From Chlorokybus atmophyticus (Eukaryota; Plantae; Mesostigma and Chlorokybus algae): DNA of 64,000 nucleotides. Below, piece by piece: positions 38,185-49,344 of the stretch. Numbering within the stretch: position 1 is the stretch's first letter; each line of letters starts with the position of its first letter. The notes under the pieces were generated by a model. It was not told the DNA's origin. It did no database searches and worked only from the letters and a program-made list of their open reading frames with translations. Where the stretch lies: assembly GCA_009103225.1 (NCBI GenBank), contig RHPI01002090.1:418652-482651 (forward strand), written 5' to 3'. A program made the translations under genes and the position numbers.

Positions 38185-40848
38185 ATGGCGGCACTGGCCA
38201 CGCCAAACATGGCTGCATGCGTGGACAAGCTCTGCGTAGTTGCCTCTGCCGCAAGTTCTTGTAGTCCTTGTCGCTGCGTTCGCACCCCTGCTCGCTCCTC
38301 ATCTGCTGCTGCTGCTGCTTCAGCTTCACAGATCACCAGGCAAAGCGTCAAGAGAAGCAGCACTTCTCTAGCTTCAGCTGGCAGCAAGCGTGCTGTCTTC
38401 CAGGTACGCGCAGCTGCTCCAGCGTCAGCGGTGGAGCATGACAGCAGCCAGGATGACAGACTGCAACGAGAGCAAGCCTTTCGGCAAGCCGTTAAGGCTG
38501 ATATCCAGGCACTGCGGGAGCTCAGGCAGAAGAATGCGTTCGACACTGTGCCGCACATTGGTGCGGAGCAGGTATGCTACAGGCCTGACAGTTGGCTTGT
38601 GTTGTGTGGTGAGTTGATCCGCAGTACCCGTCACAACTCGTTCAGCTGCTAGTAGCACGTGCATGCCAGCTAGCGTCATGCACACAACTTCAGCGTTGCA
38701 CACTTGTGACATGGGTACAGGCGGTAGATATAAGGCATCCTACAGGCATATAGTGGCCCCACATTTAGGGTGAACCCTTTACACGCATGACTTATACTGG
38801 ATCGCAGTCATTTACACTTCTCATCGCCCAATGGTGTATTGCACAGGAGGTGTTCTTGGTCAATGAAGACATGCGACCAGCACTGGTTGCTGACGAACTG
38901 CTAGCAGAGCTTCAGGACAACAGCTATGCGCATGAGGTGTGTGTCAATCCTTGCAATGTACCATGCAGCAGAGTCTGAGATATCTTACTCAGGCAGTACC
39001 TATCACAGGCACTGGGCTTGTTGATCACAGCTTGACAATGAGCACTGCGCTGGCCATGTGTCAGCTTGCTGGACGCTTGCATACTTCCCCTTGGACATGT
39101 TATGTGCTGGCAGTATGGCTCACGAGCGTGTTCTTCATGACCAGGTTCCTAAGTTTGTTATCGAGCACAACTTGCCACCTCAATTGTTATCACCCAAGTT
39201 TCTTACCGAGCTTGAGAGCGGGCTGAGCAGTGCCCTGTCCAAATTGGGGAAAGCTGCTCGACGGATTGGTGTGCAACCTTTGCTCATAGGTACTGAACTA
39301 TTTGTTGTGATAGCCAAGTCTCTGTACAGCCCTCGGCCTAAACACACTGTATACTGCAGGCTCCTTGCCTACACTACGCAACTCGGACCTTGAAGCGGAC
39401 AGCATGTCAGATGCCAGCCGTTACATCCAACTCACTGAGCACATGCGCGATATCCGCGGTGAAGACTTTCAGGTTGACGTGCCTTCAGATTCTGAGACGC
39501 TAAACGAGGGGCTTCATATGCAAAACAGAAGTGCTCCTCTCTTAATAGCTGCCACCTGCAGCTTCCAACTGCACATGCAGGTGGTTGTCAACAGCTGGCT
39601 GTTGCATGCAAATCATCTGGCAGATGGTAACCATGTGCGCTGGCTTAGATTGAAGCTTCACGGTTTGAAGAGATGTACAACCTATCACAAGCCATTGCGG
39701 GCCCCATTGTGGCCGCTGGCTGCAATTCGCCTGTCTTGTTCGGCAAGACTGTCTGGCATGAATCGCGTGTACCATACTGGCAGCAATGTGTGGATATGCA
39801 AGTAAACGGGTCAAAGTCAACGCAAGTAAGTCAAGTTTTGGTAAGCTATACAGTGGTATGGCACCATCACCTGTTGACGTGAAAGTCGTTTCTGCTTGTC
39901 TGTAGCGCTTCATATTGGTAACACTCAACCGTGTGCACCGACTCTGCTGCTCATCAGTGTCATGCATGTCTCAGGAGTTTTTCGGGAGATACTGGCTAGG
40001 GAAGGAGAATACTTTCATAGATATCTTAAGCCAGGATGCTGAAGAAAGACATGTTATCCTAACAAAAGACGATCTTCCCGGCGTCGCAGATGGCAGGTGA
40101 GGGCGCTGAAGCCAAGCCAGCATTGTTGGTCAGCAAGAGCCTCTAACCGGTCGTGTGTTGATGCAGTTATGACCCTTACTGGGAAAGTCAGGAGGCACCG
40201 AAGCTTGGAGCATTATGCACGCACAACAGCACAATGTGGCGATGGAACCGGCCGTGCTACGGTGTTGGCAAGGACGAAGCTGGTCGCAAAAGTCCACATC
40301 TGCGCATTGAGCAAAGATTGACAGCAGCAGGTGCTGCATCTGGCAGACACGCTTGCTGCAATGTCGTCACTGGACCTGCACTGACATGATGCTAACTTGC
40401 AGGGCCCACTATTGTGGACGAGATTGCCAATGCAGCGCTCTTCTTCGGCCTGATGCTTGGGTACCAGTCAGAGGCTGCCTCTATCCCGGACAAGATGTCC
40501 TTTGATGATGCGAAGCGCAACTTGTTCGCGGCTGCAGAGCATGGGCTGCACGCTGAATTGGTATGGTTTGATGGGAGGACTGCATCAGCCGCTGACTTGC
40601 TGCTTCAGGAACTAATACCCAGAGCAGAGCAAGGACTGAAGTCCGCTGGTGTAGCCACTGAGGATGTACAACGCTACCTTGGCATCATCCAAGGCAGATG
40701 CCAAACACGACAGACCGGCTCACAGTGGCTACTGGATAGCTTGGATGTGAATGCAGTCCGCGACCAGGAGTTGAGACGAATCACTAAGGAGATGCTCAGA
40801 TTGCAAAACAGTGGTCAACCAGTGCACACCTGGCCTGTAGCAAAGTAG
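38185..40848 (+). CDS. Bacterial-type glutamate-cysteine ligase-like (GCS2 / carboxylate-amine ligase) protein with a transit peptide
   Basis: IGAEQEVFLV, LPTLRNSDL, ATCSFQLHMQ, NSPVLFGKTVWHESR, HNSTMWRWNRPCYG, HLRIEQR, GPTIVDEIANAALFFGL, SGQPVHTW. Ser/Ala/Arg-rich N-terminal extension. One small internal exon near 39900 is unresolved. Confidence 0.85.
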
Positions 40849-41282
40849 TTGCCTCAACAATTCTTGTACATACACTGCACTCGTGGAAGCTGTGCAGCTA
40901 ACACAGGCTGCCTGCAGAGCTTCAGCGGATAGTCAGGCAACGTTACCATTGGCTCATTGCACATTGTATTGGCAACACACTGTACTGTGTACTAGCCCTG
41001 TTATGTTGTGCGGTCTGGTTTGCCTACACATATGTGGACTCGTGGCAAATGGCCCCAAAACAATCATGTACGCCTGCCAGTCTGCGCACTGCATGCGCAC
41101 GTGCAGCAGTGCACAGACTGGCAGCAGCAATAGTGCACAGTAAACATGATGTGGACATGCTTATGCAACTGGCATGCAAGTAGTGTCACCACATAGCATA
41201 CAGGCCAAACCCACCATCATTGACATGGGGCTCAGCTAGTTCACTCTCACGTCCCTACCTAGACTACTGCTTACCCCGCTAG

Positions 41283-41320
41283 TCATACGCAAACTGTGCG
41301 AGCATACAGTTTGCGTATGA
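41283..41320. repeat. Perfect 15-bp-stem hairpin
   Basis: TCATACGCAAACTGT (41283-41297) pairs with ACAGTTTGCGTATGA (41306-41320), with an 8-nt loop. Confidence 0.85.
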
Positions 41321-41945
41321 TGACTTAAAAGATCTTATGCACGTATCTGCTATGGCTTTTGGTCTGCAATGGTTATCTAGCACCTTTAGTTGTCACACTA
41401 TGTGGCAGTAATGCTGTTGGGGTAGAAGCTAATAGCATCGTACGCGATCAGCCATACTGCTAAGACAGATGAGGGAACGTCTAATAAACCAATGCACACG
41501 GAGTGTAATAGTGTGGACATGTACGGATGCGCAGCATCTACTGCATGCATGGAACAGATTTGTGGACTTCCGTACCGGCCCTGTGGGCAGGTATTATACA
41601 GACTGTGACATTGCTTGGTTATGCATAGGGTTTGCATCGTAGTCATCCCACAAACCTGCTCATTTGCAAGTAACAAGCATACAAGCACAAGCACCAACCA
41701 CCAGCACAAATGTTACACCCGGGGCCTTCACCACCTATCCTACACCACACTAAGTGCCTTATGTGCAATGCAAGTGTCGAGCAGCAGGAGGAGGCAGCAG
41801 CCAACCAACGTTAACCCACCTGTGAAGCACAGGCAGTAGGCGATGGTGAGAAGCGGTAGTGGCGCGCAGCAAGGAACGAACGGCACGAAGTGCGATGATG
41901 TGCAGTAATGTGCTGCGTGCTCTGCCGCCCTTCCCACACGTCAAC

Positions 41946-42468
41946 TGTAACAGCACCACCGTCGCCGGTGATGCCCCTTCAATCCTCTACCCCAACACCC
42001 ACACCGCCTATGACAAGCCTTTCAACGGCGTGGCCGCCACTGAGCAGAGAACTCCAAAATACCCACATCAGATTGATGTGACCTTTTATATCAAGAGTAT
42101 ATCAACTATATACCTCTCGATAATTAACTCACAACTAGACATCGACCCTACAGATAGGGTAGTTAGGAAATCTAGCGTGAGCCAATCACAGTTTAGATAA
42201 GGTACATATCGATAAGGTACCTATCCAAAGATACCTATCGTAAGGTACCTAACGAGATAGTGATCACATTATATCAAATGTGACACTAAATAGGCTTGAA
42301 TAAGCGCACACCCATTGGGACTTATTTAAGCTATGATAAAGCATCATAGCCTTTAATAAGCGAGGAACCGTAGAAAAGAGGTATAAATAAGCATATTTAA
42401 ATACTTATTCATACAAAATGTGTTATTTAGGTAGCAATAATGCCCCTATTATTATTGCTCCCGTTACA
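41946..42468 (-). repeat. 3' LTR (523 bp)
   Basis: Direct repeat of 48445-48971. By eye it differs by about 9 substitutions and one 4-bp indel. Confidence 0.97.
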
Positions 42469-42470
42469 TT

Positions 42471-42480
42471 CCCCCCCACT
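42471..42480 (-). other. Polypurine tract
   Basis: AGTGGGGGGG on the minus strand, 2 nt before the 3' LTR. Confidence 0.85.
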
Positions 42481-42615
42481 TGGGTTTTCAACGTCCTCGT
42501 TGAACTCAAGTTGATCAGGCTTGACTTCAAGTAATTGTAACCAGTGAGATAGCAGGAAATGACAGGGTGGTAATGAAACTGCACTGCCAGTTTGTCATAA
42601 AACCAAGCCCACAGT

Positions 42616-45600
42616 TTATGGGACAGGACATGAATCCCAATAAGCTCGAAGCAACTCGCGGCAGTGCGTAAGATGCCTGTCGGGCTCCCAACTGTTATGT
42701 TCCGGGCCATACCCTTTCCATTTCACCAAATAGCGAGTTGCGCGTCTCCGACTATTTAGCTTATGGTTCAATATAGCTTCCACCTCGTATTTGAGCTCGC
42801 TGTCCACCTCAACTGGCGATGGTGGAGGCTGTGTTCTACCGTCTGAGCGGTAAGGTTTCAACAAGTTCACATGGAACACGTTGTGTATACGCACACTTGG
42901 GGGCAATTGCAGTCGATAAGCGTGCGTACCAACTCTATCAGTGATAGAGAATGGACCCAACCATCGGGGCAGCAACTTGCGAGCATCCGTACCTTTGATG
43001 GTTATGTTCTTTGCGTTAAGCAAAACTTTATCGCCGACATCGAAAGTGGCCATTTTCCGATGTGTATCAGCATAAGCTTTTTGCCTGTCCTGTGCTTCTG
43101 ACAGACACAGCTTGGCTCGAGCCAAATTTTCTTGCATATTAGTGGCAAATTCCTTTGCCGCTGGTACAGTCAGGGCATTGCGAGGTACACGCAATGACGC
43201 TGGTGTGTTCGGGCGAATCCCATAATTCAAGAAAAATGGGGTTTCCTTTACACTTTCCTGCCACGCGTTGTTCACAGCGAACTCTGCCATTAACAAGTAC
43301 CTGTCCCAATCAGCATGATTAGGAGCCACATAATGGCGAAGCATTTCTTCCAGCATTTGATTTGCTCGCTCAGTTTGACCGTCCGTTTGCGGGTGGAAAG
43401 CAGTCGACATGCTTTGTTTTACCCCCAACAATTCACAGACTTCTCGCCAAAACTTGGAGACAAAACGAGGATCACGATCTGTGACAAGTTCACGCGGTAT
43501 ACCGTGAACGCGAAAGACCGTGGACACAAATAAGTGTGCCAAGTCCCGTGCACTTACAGTTGTGCAACACGGGGCAAAATGCACCATTTTAGTCAAACGG
43601 TCGACAAAAACCACAATAGCAGTGTATTTAGCTGCTGTTTCAGGTAGGTCAGTAATCAAATCCATACTGACACTATCCCACTTTTGTTCTGGAATTGCCA
43701 ATGGTTTAAGCAATCCCGCTTGTTTTTGTCGTAGTGGCTTATTACGTTGACACACGTCACATGTGCGAACATATTGATCCACGTCAGCTGACATTGACGG
43801 CCACCAGTATAACTGTTGCGCAGATTTGAGTGTTTTGTGTTTCCCCAAATGCCCAGCATACGGCGGGTCATGCACTGAATGTAAGCATTGCTTACGTAAG
43901 TCGCCCGAGTTGGGAATTGCCAACTGCTCCCCTTTATACCACAGATTGCTAACAGCAGTAAGCTGTTGCAAGTTGGTTTGACTGCTAAACCAATCATCTG
44001 AGTTATAACCTGTGGACACTTCCTTTAAGAAAGGATCTTCAGGCTGTTGTACATTACGCGTACTTCGAGAGCGCGTAAGTGCCAAAAGAGCAGGGCTGCG
44101 ACTTAGTGGATCCGCCACATTGGTGCGACCCGGACGGTATTGCCAAGTGAAAGTGAAACGAGAAATGAATTCATTCCACCTAGCTTGCCGCCTCGACAGA
44201 TTTTGTTGCGTATGAAAGAATGTGAGCGGGTTGTGATCAGTAATCACTGAAAACTCCACCCCTTCCAAGTAGCAACGCCATGTGCGCAGCGCGTGCACCA
44301 CCCCGAGCAATTCCTGCTCAGTGGTTGTGTAATTACGTTCAGCAGGAATGAACTTTCTGCTTTCATATGCACATGGTCTGTCATCCTGTAGAAGGACTGC
44401 CCCACACCCAATGGTGGAAGCATCACTGATTACCACAAAAGGCTTGGTGTGGTCGGGGAAGGCTAACACAGGGGCTTGTGTTAACTTGCATCTTTAATGC
44501 GTGCAAAAGCAACCTCGTGTGCCTCCGTCCATACAAATTTAACATCTTTTCTTAGCAAAGATGTTAAAGGATTTGCCATGTCGTAAAAAAATGCTCGCAT
44601 GAACTTGCGGAAATAATTAGCTAGCCTCAAGAAAGCACGTAACTGATGTACATCCTTGGGTGGTGGCCAATCCTTTACCGCACACACCTTTTGAGGATCT
44701 GGTTTCAATCCTTCTTTACCAATCACATGCCCTAAAAAGGGTAGTTCATCCTTTGCAAAGTTGCATTTGGACAGGTTGGCATAGAATTTGTGTTCGCGTA
44801 ACATAGCTAGAACCAATTCCACATGCCTGTGGTGGTCCTCCCGGGTTTTGCTGAACACAATAATGTCGTCTAGATATACCAATACAAACTTGTACAATTC
44901 ATCAGCAATACTGCGTTCATTGCTGTCTGAAATGTAGCCGGTGCATTTGTTAACCCAAATGGTAACACTTTATACTCAAAGTGTCCTAGTGGGGTGCGAA
45001 ATGCAGTTTTTTGTATATCCGACGGGTGGATTTTGATTTGATGATAACCACTGGTCAAATCCAGCGTGCTGAACACTGTTGCACCTGACAGCTTATTAAA
45101 CAAATCATCAATCCGAGGCAAAGGGTATCTGTTTTTCAAAGTGACCTTGTTTATCGCACAGTAATGAATACACATGCGTAGCTTGCCATTCTTTTTGGGC
45201 ACAAGCAAAATTGGTGCACCAAAAGGAGATATACTCTTTGTTATTAAACCTTTGTCCAATAACTCTTTGAGCTGTTTTTCCATCTCCGCGTGTTCTAAGG
45301 GACTTAGCCTGTACATAGGCCGCCAAGGTGGCTTTGCCCCCTCCTCTAACGGAATGGTATGATGTATGTTTCGATCGGGAGGCAACTCTGGGAGTTCATC
45401 CTGAAATACATTTGCGTATTGTTCCGTAAGTGACTGCACCACAGGGTCACTGATAGCCTGTTCAGCAGGTGTTTCCACCTGTCGTAAGTGCAGTAAGTAT
45501 ACGTCCTCACGTTTACGCATGCAACGTTTCAATTGCATAGCAGAGAGGAGCGGAACATTATCGCGAGGTATACATGCGAGTACAGATGCTGTTAAAGTCA

Positions 45601-46349
45601 TCCTACGTTTCCCTTTTCGAAGGGTGCATGTTATTGGCTCGAGAGTCTAATTGTAAACCTGCTTCAGTGTGCCATTGCTCCCCTAAAACAACATCCACCC
45701 CGGGGATACTAATATCCACCACGATGAAGGCTGGTCGGGTTTTATGGCCATTAATAACAAAACGCCCTTTTACCTCTCCCATTGCATTGAGAGTGGAACC
45801 AGCAGCACGTACATATGACGTGACTGGTGTGAAAGGAATGTTATTACGTTTCACCCAAGCATGTTCAACAAAGTTATGGTTTGCACCAGTATTCATCAAT
45901 GCTGTACATGGTGTACCCATAAGTTGACTCTCAAATCTCCATTTGAGTGGCACTGAGTGACCATCAAATGTAGCTAATGTCGGAGTGCCGTGATTGGTAG
46001 TAGACTTGATAAAGATCACTTGCAACGGTGAAGCTCCTGTATCTTTGCGTGAGAGTTGCATGATTACTTCTCCCCCTTTCAACAATCGCGACCATGGGCC
46101 ATGATATCGAGGGATAACTACACATGCAGTGACAGCATGTTGTAATTGCAACTCGTGTAAGTGTTTAACAGCAGTTACAAATTGAGAGAATGGAACATTA
46201 ATCAAAACACAACCGTTTGTATTTCTCAACACAGGTGGTGTGCTCATATCAGTACATACATCTGATACATCACAAAGAGAGGAAACTTTATCAAGAAGTA
46301 CAGAGTTTTTAAAGTCGTTCTGCTCGACTAAGCTACCAACCACGGACAA
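42616..46349 (-). pseudogene. pol: Gypsy pol (protease, RT, RNase H, integrase, chromodomain) with frameshifts
   Basis: [15 protein letters not shown] and VYLDD; RNase H SDAS...EQELLG; integrase HHCC and DLIT...FHPQTDGQTE; chromodomain YEVEAIL...YLVKWKGY...NSWEP. Frame breaks near 45610, 44900 and 44480. Protease motif reads MNTGA instead of DTGA. Confidence 0.95.
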
Positions 46350-46352
46350 TTC

Positions 46353-47528
46353 CTATTTCTTATCTCTCTGCTGCTTGGCCTTCTGTGCATTCTGTTTTGC
46401 ATAGCACTTAGCCTCCCCATGACCTGTCTTCTTGCAGAAACTGCAAGTGATAATGGATTTGGCCGCATTGTAGGGGTTAGCAGGATGAGATGGTTTCGCC
46501 TTTTTCACAAAAGGTTCGTTGTCAGTGGCCGGGCGCTTTGTAGCTGAAACCGGGGCTGCCTCCTTTGCCGTGGTTTGCATGTTGGCGTGAGAGCGCTTTA
46601 CACTGTCCACAGCAGCAACCATTTGCATCAGCATTGGTAAGTCCGTCGAGGCCCACTCTTGCAAACTCGCGGGGTTGACGGCCACATGCTGCACGAGATC
46701 AATGTCCAAGCCACGTCTGAACATATCCAGCTGATCAGCATCACTGATAGGTAGTTTGCCAGCATTAATCTTGCTGACAAACGACTGAAAATCCTGGATA
46801 TACTGCTGAACCGGACGTCCGTTCTGAAGCAGGTTGTGCAGCTGGTTGCGAGCAACCTGGGCAGGATCTGCGCCACCATAGCGCTGCTCCATGAAAAAGC
46901 ACAATTGATTTACTTCTCGCCCGAGGTTTGTATCCCGTTGCTTACGGCGGTACCACTCTGCCAGAGCATCGTTTGGGATCAGCAACTCAGCCACACGCAA
47001 TTTCCCCTCCTCAGAAATGTGAAGGGAGTTGACATAGTGTCGCAACTTCACAAGCCAGTCGAAGATGGCCGCTTGCTTGTTGGGAACAAACTCGGCAGGC
47101 TGAGCAAGTGCTTGAACAGGTGGACCACCGTCAGCACGTTGAAGACGCTCGATCATATTAAAAACACGTTTGCCTTCACCCATCTGCCCCTCCCAATCTC
47201 GCCCCATAAAGGTGGTGAGCTTTGAAACTTTTTTTGCCAAAAGGAAGAGAAAGTTCACGAATGAGACAATTGCCTCACGAGGGTCCTGATCATAGGTGCT
47301 AAGGAAATGCTCCATCAAGTCCTGCTGTGTCATGCGAATAGAAAACTCAGGGAATATAAAAGGTGATCTATCATCAACTGAAGCTTCTGCAGCTTTGGCA
47401 GCTTGAGACTCATCAGGTGCATCATCCGGATTCGGAATATCTTCCATGGATGGAAATTCCTCCTCACGGGAAGGTTGCTCTTTTTCCGAGCTCTCCCCTT
47501 TTGAGGTGGGCACCGAGTTTTCTTCCAT
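46353..47528 (-). CDS. gag: Gypsy gag with a C-terminal CCHC zinc knuckle
   Basis: 391-aa open frame with a capsid-like helical region and CSFCKKTGHGEAKC. Ends at a TAG that is in frame with the next ORF. Confidence 0.9.
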   Translation of the reverse strand: MEENSVPTSKGESSEKEQPSREEEFPSMEDIPNPDDAPDESQAAKAAEASVDDRSPFIFPEFSIRMTQQDLMEHFLSTYDQDPREAIVSFVNFLFLLAKKVSKLTTFMGRDWEGQMGEGKRVFNMIERLQRADGGPPVQALAQPAEFVPNKQAAIFDWLVKLRHYVNSLHISEEGKLRVAELLIPNDALAEWYRRKQRDTNLGREVNQLCFFMEQRYGGADPAQVARNQLHNLLQNGRPVQQYIQDFQSFVSKINAGKLPISDADQLDMFRRGLDIDLVQHVAVNPASLQEWASTDLPMLMQMVAAVDSVKRSHANMQTTAKEAAPVSATKRPATDNEPFVKKAKPSHPANPYNAAKSIITCSFCKKTGHGEAKCYAKQNAQKAKQQRDKK

Positions 47529-47729
47529 TTGTCTGCAAAACAGGCAGAATGGGATGGTGAGAACCTCACCAATGGACCAGGTTCAACGAGAGGATCAAAA
47601 TGACCCCAAGTTGTAATAGTCCCAAACAGAGTTCAAACCAGTCCCAAAATAGGAAAGGTTGGATCTGGAGTATCATCAAACAGAACAAGTCTGAGTGGGA
47701 CCAGAATGTCCTAACCCTGTGTTATCCTC

Positions 47730-48152
47730 AACCAAGTCCCAATCTCCAGGCCGAAGCCAGAGGGGGAGGGTTTCAGACTAACAGGGTTTGGGCACAGAAT
47801 GTCCTAGAACCTCCCCACAACTGTTCTAACCAAGTCCCGATCTCCAGGCCGAAGCCAGAGGGGGAGGGTTTGGGAACAGTTTGGTTTGGAACTTTTGGAA
47901 CCGGGTCAAACGACTCGGCAAAGCCGCTGGCAGGTCACAAGTACGTCACAGGCATGCAACAGGCAAGCCGTACGGTGACTAACTGTGACATGCACTGGCA
48001 AGCACAATGACAAGCAATCACCGCATGCAATGACAGGCAATCACTGCAAGCAATAATAGTGCACTAAGTGTGACAAACAGTGATGGCACACTAGCAAGCC
48101 GCAATCACCGCATGCAATGACAGGCAATCACTGCAAGCAATAATAGTGCACT
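47730..48152. repeat. Two direct-repeat pairs in the retrotransposon leader
   Basis: 44-bp repeat at 47730-47773 and 47828-47871 (1 mismatch). Identical 52-bp repeat at 48014-48065 and 48101-48152. Confidence 0.9.
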
Positions 48153-48430
48153 GGCAAGCCACTGTGTGATGTGCATGAAAGTACACACGTGCACCTGGCA
48201 AGCACCTGGCAAGCAGCTGACAAGCAGGCAAGCAGGCAAGTCACCGACGTGTGTGATGGTACCTCACACGTGGAGAGGCCGCCTCTTTGATAGGTGGCTT
48301 TAACGTGGAGGTAGCGCAGGGAAGCGAACTTGAAGCTTGGGCTGCGTGGACGAATAGGAGGCCGCCGCCGACGCCTTCTGATTGGCCGAAAGCAGGTCGC
48401 CGCCTCCTATAAGTACCCACGTCACCCCCC

Positions 48431-48443
48431 AGCTCCGATACCA
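48431..48443 (-). other. Primer-binding site (initiator tRNA-Met type)
   Basis: Minus strand reads TGGTATCGGAGCT next to the 5' LTR, one mismatch from the canonical TGGTATCAGAGC. Confidence 0.9.
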
Positions 48444-48444
48444 A

Positions 48445-48971
48445 TGTAACAGCACCACCGTCGCCGGTGATGCCCCTTCAATCCTCTACCCCAACACCCA
48501 CACCGCCTATGACAAGCCTTTCAACGGCGTGGCCGCCACTGAGCAGAGAACTCCAAAATACCCACATCAGATTGATGTGACCTTTTATATCAAGAATATA
48601 TCAACTATATACCTCTCGATAATTAACTCATAACAAGACATCGACCCTACAGATAGGGTAGTTAGGAAATTTAACGTGAGCTAATCACAGCTTAGATTAG
48701 GTACATATCGATAAGGTACCTATCCAAAGATACCTATCGTAAGGTACCTAACGAGATAGTGATCACATTATATCAAATGTGACACTAAATAGGCTTGAAT
48801 AAGCGTTTCTACACCCATTGGGACTTATTTAAGCTATGATAAAGCATCATAGCCTTTAATAAGCGAGGAACCGTAGAAAAGAGGTATAATTAAGCATATT
48901 TAAATACTTATTCATACAAAATGTGTTATTTAGGTAGCAATAATGCCCCTATTATTATTGCTCCCGTTACA
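48445..48971 (-). repeat. 5' LTR (527 bp)
   Basis: TG...CA termini, followed by the PBS on the minus strand. Confidence 0.97.
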
Positions 48972-49344
48972 TCAACCCCACGTCACGTTAACCGCCGCGA
49001 ACCGTTTAGCGTGAGCCGCCAGTGGTGCAGCAGCAGCGGTGGGTCTTACCAAGCTACATAGTGAGTTTCACACAGGCATAATGAGTCTCATAAAGGCATA
49101 ATAAAGGCTAACGGTCATAAGTCATGTAATGGCAACAAGATTTCCACATGTGGGTGGTGTTTATGCAAACACCTATAATTTCCCTCAACCATGCCAACCA
49201 CATGTTAGGCAGCATGCATTGCAGCGACCATATAACATGACTTGCATGAGGGCAGTCTAGCTGCTCCCCTCACGTACGCATACTCACCCATACTTACCCA
49301 CCCTTACCACCCGTCCACAATGTTCGTGGAATGGGCAGAACCCG

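Larger units (their letters stand above)
41946..48971 (-). mobile_element. Full-length Ty3/gypsy chromovirus LTR retrotransposon, coding-defective
   Basis: Two LTRs with TGTAAC...GTTACA ends and a 5-bp TSD TCAAC (41941-41945 and 48972-48976). PBS and PPT present. Domain order gag-PR-RT-RH-INT-chromodomain. Confidence 0.98.

Noticed and set aside
41279-41320. Helitron 3' end (hairpin plus CTAG on the minus strand)
   Set aside because: CTAG abuts the stem without the usual ~10-nt spacer, and no 5' TC end or Rep/helicase remnant was found.
47730-48240. CRISPR-like or novel repeat array
   Set aside because: Only two copies of each unit, inside a gypsy leader in a eukaryote, with no cas genes and no regular spacers.
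49070-49125. Possible hammerhead ribozyme on the minus strand (TTATGA...GAAAC) near the PLE 3' end
   Set aside because: The core lacks CUGANGA and I could not pair stem II. It needs a covariance-model search.
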